Below are positions 52,442-64,000 of a DNA stretch of 64,000 nt, one piece after another (the first letter of the stretch is position 1; each line of letters starts with the position of its first letter). Source of the DNA: Octopus bimaculoides (taxonomy: Eukaryota); assembly GCF_001194135.2 (NCBI RefSeq), contig NC_068984.1, positions 136,949,388 to 137,013,387 on the forward strand, written 5' to 3'. Under the pieces are notes generated by a model. The model was not told where the DNA came from. It searched no databases and worked only from the letters and a program-made list of their open reading frames with translations. The position numbers were made by a program, and so were the translations under genes.

Positions 52442-54627
52442 CTGTAATGAGAGAAAAGTATAAAATAGTTAAAAAGGTAAACATGAGAGCAGAATATGTA
52501 CTGCTTAACTGCAGCGATCATCATCATCACCATTATCAGCATCATCTTCATCATTGATTTTTAATGCCCACTCTTTTTTTCATGCTTGCATGAGTTGGAT
52601 GCAATTATGCTGAGATAGATCTCCTAGTCAGATGCTCTTCTTGTCACAATACTTCACCTGTTTCCAAATAAGGTCATATAATATTTCCCATGACTAGAAT
52701 TTGTTTTCACAGAAAACTAGGAATAAGATATATTACTTACATAACAGAGACCATCTGTGTACAACTACCATGCAATATCAAGAGACAGAGACAGTGATAC
52801 ACATAAACATATATACACAACATTCGACCATGGTCGTTGCCAGTGCCACCAGACTGACGCTTGTGCAGGTAGCATGTAAAAACACTTTTTGAGCGTGGTC
52901 GTTGCCAGAACCGCCTGATTGGCCCTCATGCTGGTGGCACCTAAAAGCACTCACTACACTCTCAGATTTGTTAGCGTTAGGAAGGGCATCCAGCTGTAGA
53001 AACTTTGCCAGATCAGATTGAGCCTGGTGCAGCCTCTGGATCACCAGTCTTCAGTCAAACCGTCCAACCCATGCCAGCATGGAAAGTGGATGTTAAACGA
53101 TGGTGATGATGATGATGATGAGGATGATATCAACAAAGGCACACAGCTTAGTGGTTAGAGTATTCAGCTCATGATTGTAGGGCTGAGTTCGATTACCAGC
53201 GGCACATTGAGTCCTTGAGCAAGACACTTTATTTCACATTGCTCCAGCCCACTCAGCTGGCAAAAATGAGTAGTACCTGTATTTCAAAAGAGCCAGCCTT
53301 GTCACACCTGTACCATGCTGAATCTCCCTGAGAACAACCTTAAGGATATGCATGTCTGTGGAGTACTCAGCCACCTGCACATTCATTCCACGAGCAAGTT
53401 GTTCTATAGACCAGATGAACTGGAACCCTTATCATCATGACCGACAGAGTGCCAGATATAATTCAACATGGAATTTTACCATTCTTCAATGGCAAATTGT
53501 CAACAAACTGACTCAGTTCATTACCCTATTGCAGCCAGTGAACAAACATGTTTGTCATCTTTTTTTTCTTTTTGATAATGTATCTGGTTTTTCATGAAAT
53601 TATAAAGTTCCAAGAACCAGAAGCTTGATAAAAAAGAAATTTAAAGAATAAAAAGAATATTTCCAGGGTATATTTTATTATTTTCTATTTTTTTTTATTT
53701 GCTACAATAATAATAACAATAATCGTTATTAATATTATCATTATTATCATCATCATCTTTATCATCATTATTATTTGTAAGTTGTTTCAAAACAGTTGAA
53801 CATATTTTCCACAGAATTAGATAAATATATTTCTTCTTTTTTTTTTCTCTCTCTCTCTCTCTCTCTCCTTGGAAAAAAATTAACAAATTAGTTTATAGAA
53901 ATTAAGAAAACAAAAATAGTTTGTACACAAATAGCTGGTAATTCAAATTAGTAGTGTTTATTTGTATACTGGACTTAGTATTTTTTTTGTTGTTCTATCC
54001 CTCCTATTTTGCATAGGTTTGTGTTAAGTTTTTTGTAAATTCATTTTTACCTTTTAACTTCTTGTTTTGATCTTAGCTTTAAATAGGAATAAAAAAGAGG
54101 TATTAACATTAGCATAGAAAAATGTCTGGAAAATTTACCATTCCATGTAAAAAATAGTAGACAATATTACGAATAATTACTGTTTTAACATACTAGCATA
54201 TACATACACAAGTAACCACATACATACATGCTCGTGTAAACACATACTGACACACAAACATGTATGTAGATACGTATATATACGCATATGCTGAGAGGGT
54301 TCTTCCTTGGGACTTCAGCAAAGGTCTTCGCAGACCATCATGGGTGCTCCCAAACCACCATCCCTATGAAAGAGAAGGGAAACTCTTGCTATCAAAACCC
54401 TGTTCTATACCTAAAATGGTCTATTGGAAATGATACCATACTATTCTGGGCATAGACCAGTAAGGTAGGCTAAGCCTGATATTTTCAATTTGGTCTACAA
54501 TCACTTTGACATTTGACAGGTGGTCCATTGTGTACCTGCACAGGCAATGTGGATTTGATGGAGGCTGGGAGTAAATCTATAGCACATTTGACCACAGTAA
54601 ACAAATTATTTCTGCAGGCTTAGGAGA

Positions 54628-54780
54628 AGGCTGTGTGGTAAGTAGCTTGCTTACGAACCACATGGTTCCAGGTTCAGTCCCACTGCGCGGCACCTTGGGC
54701 AAGTGTCTTCTACTATAGCCTCGGGCTGACCAAAGCCTTGTGAGTGGATTTGGTACACGGAAACTGCAAGAAGCCAGTCG

Positions 54781-54860
<80 letters not shown>

Positions 54861-55050
54861 TGTTTGTGCCCCCAACATCGCTTGACAACCGACGGTGGTT
54901 TGTTTATGTCCCAGTAACTTGGCGGTTCGGCAATAGAGACTGATAGATGAAGTACTAGGCTTATAAAGAATAAGTCCTGGGGTCTATTTGCTCGACTAAA
55001 GGTGGTGCTCCAGCAAGGCCACAGTCAAATGACTGAAACAAGTAAAAGGT
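54628..55050 (+). mobile_element. SINE family A, full length
   Basis: GGCTGTGTGGTAAGTAGCTTGCT..GGTTCAGTCCCACTGCG head followed by the full consensus body. Confidence 0.9.
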
Positions 55051-55228
55051 CAAAGATGAAGAAGAAGGAAGCTAAAACCCTTCAAATCAGAGCCCCAGCA
55101 TGGCCACAGTCCAAAGACTGAAATAAGTAAAAGATCAAAGATGAAGAAGAAGAAGGCTAACAACTTTCAAGGTGCTGCCACAGCATGGTCACAGTCCAAT
55201 GACTGAATCAAGTAAAAGTTCAAAGATA
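55010..55228 (+). repeat. About 85-bp tandem triplication of a SINE A tail plus its flank
   Basis: CAGCATGGCCACAGTC..GACTGAAA.AAGTAAAAG.TCAAAGAT at about 55010, 55095 and 55180. Confidence 0.8.
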
Positions 55229-55884
55229 CATTTTTACTACAAACAGTTGAAGCCACAGTTTTTTTTTTTTACTCAGAAAATTGATGTAAAAAAAAACTAC
55301 ATGTGGTTTCTCTTCCAAACTCTGGGTTTAAAATTCACAGCATGCACTCAACGGATACACCGATGCAATTTCATTAATATATAGGTTGAGCTGATATATA
55401 TATGAATATAGAATCGTTAATTAATGGGTGTTGATGATGTTTTGTGCAAAAACAAAATTAAATGCATGTGAAACATCCGTACACAGTTCTCTATTGGCCA
55501 GTCATAATCTTAACAGCTATTGGATGTTGTTTATGATATTATCAACCAATGAGGAATGGCAATTTAAAAACACCAGTTGTTCTGTTGCTCTCAGGCATAG
55601 ATCTTAGAAACATATTAGTGTGTTACCTGTGGTCCCTGGACTATGCTAGACTGTATTCTCAATGGCTGGGATTGTTTTAATTTACTTTACATTTCAACAT
55701 AACTGCAAGTAATGTTGTAAACAGTATTTATAGAAAACAGCATGTGACCTAGACAAGGCTTAGATCAAAGGTTGCAGCCATAATATTATAAAATATTATA
55801 AACACAAACAGGACGCAGAATTTATCTACTGATGTAAATTATATATAAGAGGCACAGATGTGGCTGTGAAGCACAGGTGTGACT

Positions 55885-56190
55885 GTGAGGCACAGGTATG
55901 GCTGTGTGGTAAGAAGTTTACTTCCCAGTCTCATGGTTCTAGGTTCTGTCCCAGTGAGTATATGTTTGAATATGTTTGTACCTCCTTGTCTTAACAACAC
56001 ATGGGGCTTGTAAAACAATTGTCCTTGTCAGACAAACAGTAACATTCACTTCCAGTCTTCTACAAGAACTTGTGTCTGGGAACAGGTAAAGGTTGGCAAC
56101 AGGAAAGACATCCAGTTGGAGGAAATCTGCCTCAATAAACTCCACTGACCCATGCAAGCATAGAAAAGTGGAGATTAAAATGAAGATGAT
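55885..56190 (+). mobile_element. Older SINE with an A-like tRNA head and a B-like 3' end (relative at about 2160-2425)
   Basis: GGCTGTGTGGTAAGAAG head; GGTTGGCAACAGGAAAGACATCCAG..CCCATGCAAGCATAGAAAAGTGGAG tail. Confidence 0.5.
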
Positions 56191-56191
56191 G

Positions 56192-56690
56192 TATCATCAT
56201 CATCATTGTCATTTAATGTCTGCTTTCCATGCTGGCATGGGTTGGACAGTTTCACTGAGGACTGGCGAAAGCCGCACTAGACTCCAATCTGATCTGGCAG
56301 AGTTTCTACAGCTGGATGCCCTTCCTAATGACGACCACTCCAAGAGTGTAGTGAGTGCTTTTTACATGCCATCGGCATGAGAGCCAGTCCGGTGGTACTG
56401 GCAACGGCCATGCTCAACTAGTGTATTTTATGTGCCACCTGCACAGGAGTCAGCCAATGTTTTGTTCACATGCCACCAGCACAAGTGCCAGTAAGGCGAA
56501 ACTGGAAACAATCGCGCTCAAATCGTGCCACCGGCATGGGAGCAAGACTGCTGTTCTCGCAGTGATCCTGCTCGGATGCTGATGTTAGCGCTCCACTGGC
56601 ACGGGTGCCAGTCATCAAATTTGGTTCAGTTTCGATCTCACTTGCCCCAACAGATCTTCGCAATCTGACTTTAGTTTGTGAACACCTGTT
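56192..56690 (-). mobile_element. Family B element, long variant
   Basis: Reverse consensus with an extended 5' part related to 15520-15960. Confidence 0.75.
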
Positions 56691-56784
56691 GATGATGATT
56701 ATGATAATGATACTCATGTGTGTGTGTGTGTGTGTGTGAGTGTGTGTGCATGTGTGTGTATGTATGTGGGCACATGTATTTACA

Positions 56785-56837
<53 letters not shown>

Positions 56838-56847
56838 NNNNNNNNNN

Positions 56848-56900
<53 letters not shown>

Positions 56901-57450
56901 TACAGTAAGATGAACTGAAGCATGCAGAATAAAAGCACTCCAACCAGAAACCTATTAAAATGTTGATGGTAGATGTATTCTAAGCTAAAAAGATTTCTTA
57001 CTCATGCACAAGACTTCAAAATAAATAAAGTGGAGAAAGATAAACAGAAATGGTGAGATATAATTTGTCTCTTTGTCCCTCTCCTTCTCTAAGACCATTA
57101 GGCATACAAACAGAATTGAGGGGTGGCTAACAAGAAAATTGAAACTCAACTGTGGAGTCAATTTACTGAAAATTCATCACTGCACAATGTAGCCCACCAT
57201 TTTAATAACAACAATAATAACAATTATATTTGCTGGATATTTCAATACAAAAGACTTGATTGAGCAGACAAAGAAACTTTTTTATCTGCCATTTCTTCTA
57301 TTGACACTTATGCATTTATGGATGGGCATAAGAAATAAAAATTAGAAAGCAGTTTAATATTTGTCTAAGTGTAGACGTACGCCTAAACGCGATCGTGTGT
57401 GGACATATGCGTTGTTATTATATATGTATGTGTGCATGCATGTATAGATG

Positions 57451-57496
<46 letters not shown>

Positions 57497-57634
57497 TCTA
57501 ATATCCACCCACACTGTGTGTGTATATTACGTGTGTGTATGTATGTATATAGTTATATGTATATATGTACAATTGCGTTTCAATTCAACATTACTGAAAA
57601 CCTGTTCCTCATACATTCAAGCAAACATATACAA

Positions 57635-57678
<44 letters not shown>

Positions 57679-57915
57679 TTATATATATATATATATATAT
57701 ATATACATTTATATATATATGCACACACAAACACAAATGTATATATATATATATACATACAAAATACATACAAATGTATATATACATATATATAAATATA
57801 TATATACACATACAAGTATATATATACACACACGCATATATATATATACAAATGTGTATATAAATACATATATATACATTTGTATGTATATATATATATA
57901 TATATATATATACAA

Positions 57916-57996
<81 letters not shown>

Positions 57997-60150
57997 CACA
58001 TACATACATACACACTTGCTCGTATGTATGTGTGTCTACACTAATAATTGCAAAATAGGCAAAAAGCTTTGATTTTTGAAAACATCAAAAGAATTTAACA
58101 AAAGGAAGAAATAAAAGCGAGTAAACAAATCACTTTTAAAATTCCAAACAAACAAAAACCATAATTTAAGAGAAATTTCCAATTGTTCTCGACTCTTTAC
58201 GGATCTATTGACTTGTGAGGTTTGAAATACAAGTCTTGTTTGTATAGCTAGTTTTGCTATTGTTGTTTCTCTATTGTATATATTTCTTCTTGTTTTTATA
58301 AACCATTAAATGAAGGGAAGAATTTGGAACAAATTGGTAAGACTGAGACAGAACTGGAAACAGTGAGATGGAGAGAAGACGAAGTGTGGGGGAGTTTACA
58401 GAATAAGTAGGATGTGAAAAGAAATTTTATTCATACATATATATATATATATATATATANNNNNNNNNNNNNNNNNNNNNNNNNNNNNNNNNNNNNNNNN
58501 NNNNNNNNNNNNNNNNNNNNNNNNNNNNNNNNNNNNNNNNNNNNNNNNNNNNNNNNNNNNNNNNNNNNNNNNNNNNNNNNNNNNNNNNNNNNNNNNNNNN
58601 NNNNNNNNNNNNNNNNNNNNNNNNNNNNNNNNNNNNNNNNNNNNNNNNNNNNNNNNNNNNNNNNNNNNNNNNNNNNNNNNNNNNNNNNNNNNNNNNNNNN
58701 NNNNNNNNNNNNNNNNNNNNNNNNNNNNNNNNNNNNNNNNNNNNNNNNNNNNNNNNNNNNNNNNNNNNNNNNNNNNNNNNNNNNNNNNNNNNNNNNNNNN
58801 NNNNNNNNNNNNNNNNNNNNNNNNNNNNNNNNNNNNNNNNNNNNNNNNNNNNNNNNNNNNNNNNNNNNNNNNNNNNNNNNNNNNNNNNNNNNNNNNNNNN
58901 NNNNNNNNNNNNNNNNNNNNNNNNNNNNNNNNNNNNNNNNNNNNNNNNNNNNNNNNNNNNNNNNNNATATATATATTTATATTTATATGATGAGAGGAAG
59001 GAATAAAGAATGAGAGAGTTTAAAATGAAAAGAAATAAAATTGAGATTAAAATTGTGAGATTGAAGAAGACAGAGAAAAAAGATATAAAACAGAACGCTA
59101 AACATTTACTCGTTAATTTTGAAAAGAAATAATACTGATGGTAACAATGATGAAGATGACAATAAAGACAATGATGGTAAATAATGATTTCCAGGCACAA
59201 TACCACATGAAACCCAAAAGTAGCAAGACTTAAGTAAGTCTATAATAGAAGATAGCTACCCAGGGTGCTATGCAGTGGGAATGAACCTGAAACCATGTGG
59301 TTGGAAAACAAACTTCTTATCACATAGCCCTTCTGACAAATTTGGATGCACATCATCTCCCAACCCTCTCATATGTCTAAAGTTTCATTATACAGTAATA
59401 ATTCACTTCATAGGGACCCATTTTACAAGATCCTAGTTTTACGAGCTTTAGTTTAGAATAAATATAAAAAGGTTAAACAGCCATTTTGTGTGTGTGGCAC
59501 TGTTGCAACATGTAACAACACTGGTTCTGAGAGCAGGAAAAAATGCTTCTTCTAAGTCAGGGGTCACCAAAGGGGGTCCGAGGGACCACTTAGGAGTCAG
59601 TGAGGAATTAAAGGTGGTAGATAATAGCCAAGGGGTCGAATGGGGGTCGGCGTGCAGAAGACCAGCTCACCCAGATGAACTGCTTGAAATAATTAGTCAG
59701 CACCAAACTCATATCTCACATCGATGTTGCCAATTTCAATAAAATATATTCCAGCAATATGATGCGTTTTTCATATTTTCTAACCATGGAAACAATTTCA
59801 TAAAATTGTAAGTTTAATATTGTATACTCGTACACGCAGTTTTAAATGTAAAAAGTGAGTCAACTTCTCGTTGCTGGTGCCACTGAGCCTCCGTACCATG
59901 TGATCAGTAGTCTGGTGGTTAAACCTTATAACCAATGTGCTTCACGTGGCATCATGCCTAAAGCTGAGTCTCATATTTCACTGGCTAGACTAAGCTACGT
60001 ACAAACAAAAAACTTGTACAATCACATATTACCTTCCAAAACCAGTGAAGAATGCTTTGTAATCTACGCTTAAAGAAACGGTAATTCTAACAGAGCAGCT
60101 GCTTCAAAATTTTCTAGACAATATAACCACTCTCTCTCTCCCCATCCCCC

Positions 60151-60181
<31 letters not shown>

Positions 60182-60951
60182 TNNNNNNNNNNNNNNNNNN
60201 NNNNNNNNNTATAGTTTAGAATATCAGAATTTTTTGTTTCTTTTTTCGGTACCTAGACATTAAGTTGCTAACAAACTCTGCAACTGACATAACATATAGT
60301 CGGTACATTTCAAGCAAACAATAACACATAACTGCTATTGAATTTAAAAACAGTTTAGACAAAAAATGGTAATTTATTTTCAAGTTTCTTTTCCTCCATT
60401 TTGCAGTTTATTTGGACTGGAATTTCAAATTTATGAAACTGAATAGTTTATAGTTTATAGTTTATATAAAGTTTTTGATTTTTAAATAAGCTATTCTGCG
60501 GCAGAGGGCAATACCCATAAGCTTTGCATGCCAGACTCCCAGACTGGTGAAACTGGTGCAGTTGATGCTCTGTCTGAATTCTACATGGTGATACAAGCAA
60601 GGGGTAAAATATGGGCCAGAAGTTGAGTTCAAACGCTTGTATTTTAGTAAGGTATATTGGTTTCAAACCTTGGATCAAGGCCAGCTTGTTTGGAGAAACA
60701 GCTCAATTATTTTATTGAACCTGAAAGAATGATAGCAAAGCCAACCTCAGCTGGATTTTGTTCCCCCAACATTGCTTGACAACCGATGCTGGTGTGTTTA
60801 TGTCCCCGTAACTTAGCAGTTCGGCAAAAGGGACCGATAGAATAAGTACTAGGCTTACAAAGAATAAGTCCTGGGGTCAATTTGTTTGACTAAAGGCGGT
60901 GCTTCAGCATGGCCACAGTCAAATGACTGAAACAAGTAAAAGAGTAAAAGA

Positions 60952-61049
<98 letters not shown>

Positions 61050-61105
61050 NNNNNNNNNNNNNNNNNNNNNNNNNNNNNNNNNNNNNNNNNNNNNNNNNNN
61101 NNNNN

Positions 61106-61150
<45 letters not shown>

Positions 61151-61204
61151 AACGAGAGCAAGAGAGAGAGAGAGTAGATTTAGATATGGATTAAGAAAAC
61201 TTAC

Positions 61205-61263
61205 GAAGCTGGATCCAATTTCATGGCTGATTCCAATGAGTCAAAAGCTACTGTACAGAACAC
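61205..61263 (-). CDS. PNPT1: PNPase internal exon (59 nt, phase 0 to 2): VFCTVAFDSLESAMKLDPA(S)
   Basis: Acceptor ttctAG, donor GTAAGT. Translation matches the recalled vertebrate segment VLCTVTFDSLESGIKSD and splices in frame to the next exon. Confidence 0.92.
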
Positions 61264-61997
61264 CTAGAACATAAAAACAAAATTAATTTGTAAGAACTGA
61301 AAATGTATAAAAAGCAAAATCTATGGTGGAAACATGGATATTTTCTCAACACCTGAAATATTCATTCATCGTTCGTTATTAATGTCAAATTGGTGAGAGC
61401 ACTAGGAGAGGTGCTTTGCAATATTACTTCCAAATCATTACATTCTGGGTTCAAATTCTGTTGAGATCAACTTTGCTTTTATCTTTCCAGGGTCAATAAA
61501 ACAGGTACCAGTCAAGTACAGGGATCAATGTAACTGACTTGCCCCTCCCCTCAAAACTGTTGGCCTTGTGTGACAATTAGAAAGATTATTGAAGTTGAGT
61601 CTTCAAGAACTGCATCTTTGAATCCTATCCATACTGTTCATGCATTATTCTGTGCTTGGGAATAAATAGGGTTTTTTTTTTTTGCTATTTTTTTACATTT
61701 AAATATAAGTAAGACATTACAAACAAAGGGTGTTAGCTGTTTCACTCAAAACACAGCTAAAATATACAGACAGCAACATTTTGAAAAGCTACATTCCAGA
61801 TTTAGAAGTGTCAAATTTTGCAGTTAGTAATCTCACTGCACATTTCATGCACCAACATTTTGCAAGGCTATACAACCCTTTTCTTGTTTTACAGCATAAT
61901 GACTAGATTCTTTATGTGAACTCACGTGTCAAAAACGGATTTCATTAATTCTTCGGAAGGTGATTAGACCAATTATAACCACATACACACACCATCT

Positions 61998-62097
<100 letters not shown>

Positions 62098-62253
62098 ACA
62101 TTCTTACTCACAACCATATAAAAATATAACTGCAAACTGACAGAGACAAACCTGAAACAAATTTGGAATAGCAAGGGCATGTCATTCATGAATTCACAAA
62201 TGGTAACAAAAAGACTTTGACAAACCTGATTGTCTCACTGCATGAATGATTGA

Positions 62254-62471
62254 TTAACCTTTACGTTACCAACCCTGCTGAAATCAGCTCTGGCTCTGAG
62301 TACAAATGCCTTGTTTGAATTAAAATCTTCCACCAAACCTTAGGTCACAATTTACATTCCTAACACTGGCTTAATGATAACTAAGTTATTTTACTAAATT
62401 CTTTGTTGTATTTAAAGTAATTGAAAGAAACACAGAGCATCTCAAAATAAATATGGTAACAAAAGGGTTAA
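62254..62471. mobile_element. TTAA-flanked MITE (piggyBac-type ends), copy 1
   Basis: TTAACCTTTACGTTACC ... GGTAACAAAAGGGTTAA termini, non-coding, nearly identical to the adjacent copy. Confidence 0.75.
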
Positions 62472-62494
62472 AATGTATAATAGAGAAACAATTC

Positions 62495-62723
62495 TTAACC
62501 TTTACGTTATCAACCCAGCTGAAACCAGCTCTGGCTCTGTAGTACAAATGTCTTGTAGTCATAAGCTTTGAATTAAAATCTTCCACCAAACCTTAGTCAC
62601 AATTTATGCTCCTAACACTGGCTTAATGATAAGTAAGTTATTTTACTAAAGTCTTTGTTATATTTAAAGTAACTGAAAGATACACAGAGCATCTCAAAAT
62701 AAATACAGTAACGAAAGGGTTAA
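62495..62723. mobile_element. TTAA-flanked MITE (piggyBac-type ends), copy 2
   Basis: TTAACCTTTACGTTATC ... AGTAACGAAAGGGTTAA termini, 23 bp from copy 1. Confidence 0.75.
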
Positions 62724-63342
62724 TCAAACAATCAATTAGTTAAGTGGTTAAATAGTTAGCCAATTGACAAATACAAAATATAGAAGTGAAAAAGAACTAG
62801 TGCATGTGTTTGTTAGTGGCACTGTGATCTTCCCAAGATACAACAAAGCTATCTTCATATTACTTAACCAATATTCCGATAAAAGGCATCAACAGTGTGT
62901 AGAACATGGGTACAAACTCCCTTATAACTAAATAAGTACCAATTTAGCACTGAGGTCAATGCAATTAACTAAATCTCATCCCTAAAAATTGCAAGCATCA
63001 TGCCAAAATTTGGGCATAATGTAATCAACTCCCCAACATAATTTGTAATCAATATAATTTGTAATCAACTCCCCACCTTCCCAGAACTTGCTGGCCTTGT
63101 GCCAAAATTTGAAACCATCATCATTATTATTGTCATTATTTTTCCTGTCGCTGCCATTGTTCTTGTTTAAATTAACATCTAAATTCCACATGTAATAACT
63201 GACATCACATGTCTACAAATATTACAAATAGAGAATACATTAACATTTAGTTTTCTCGTATTTATTCAGACAACTACTGCTGTCAACAACAAGAACAAAA
63301 AAACACAGAAATGAAAGAACTTGTTTATTATTGCAAACAAAA

Positions 63343-63434
<92 letters not shown>

Positions 63435-63438
63435 CAAC
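63343..63438. repeat. (AAT)n microsatellite (an (ATT)n tract lies at about 43020-43100)
   Basis: Direct inspection. Confidence 0.95.
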
Positions 63439-64000
63439 ATTGTGATGCTTTATACAAACAACTTACACATAAATACAGCAACAACAATTTCTCTTTATTT
63501 TTTTTTTTATTTTTATAATTTTATTTATTTCATTTTTTTCAGAAACTGAAGCCAGAAGGAAGATTCGATTCAGTATAATTTTATTTATATTATGTTTTTT
63601 GATGATAGATGAAAAAGAATATTGTTTATATTTGAGTTTTTTATTTCTTTCTCTTACTGGAGAATAGCAGAGTTTGTTACATTGTTTATTGCGTTTATTA
63701 TCAGTATTATTTTTTTCACTGCCTTTATACATACTATATACACACATATCTATATACATATATATATATTTTATTTTCTGAAGCATCTTACCCCTAAAGG
63801 TGTTCTACTACATGGAAATACATTTAACATTATTTGTATGTTTTGATAAGGAAAAGAAAAATTTATTTTATACAGTGTCAATTTGTCTTGTTTTTCTGAT
63901 TCATATGCCGTTCATATTTCATGTTTAACTCTTTCAACTACAATGCGCATGTTTTTCAAAATAGAAACCTTTGTATGTTGGAACAAAGTTGTGTAACAAC

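Overview
Eukaryotic, AT-rich genomic DNA dense in microsatellites and SINEs, with about 5.3 kb of N gaps. The repeat families look like octopus/cephalopod DNA (inference from recognition, not a search). The only host gene I can support is PNPT1 (mitochondrial polynucleotide phosphorylase, PNPase) on the minus strand. Five internal exons (61263-61205, 52441-52405, 31783-31717, 31537-31448, 9771-9608; 417 nt) have canonical AG/GT ends and splice in frame. They encode 139 aa of the second RNase PH domain, including NFMLHYEFPPYA, RREIGHG and SNGSSSMAS. The gene continues beyond both ends of the window or into gaps. Everything else is intronic: at least four SINE families, decayed RTE, HERO-like, mariner and possible Penelope fragments, TTAA-flanked MITEs, hairpins and tandem repeats. 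Nearly all ORFs in the supplied track are repeat or gap artefacts. The most interesting observations are: (1) a near-complete type I hammerhead ribozyme fold at 45769-45853; (2) a 1.2-kb 26-bp minisatellite grown from a SINE sub-repeat; (3) an 89-bp templated insertion into a SINE, copied from 1.7 kb away; (4) a perfect 51-bp inverted repeat with a competing inner hairpin; (5) a 4-residue deficit in PNPT1 that may indicate a 12-nt micro-exon. I found no convincing novel protein-coding system. Repeat boundaries are approximate (about 10-20 bp); exon boundaries are exact.
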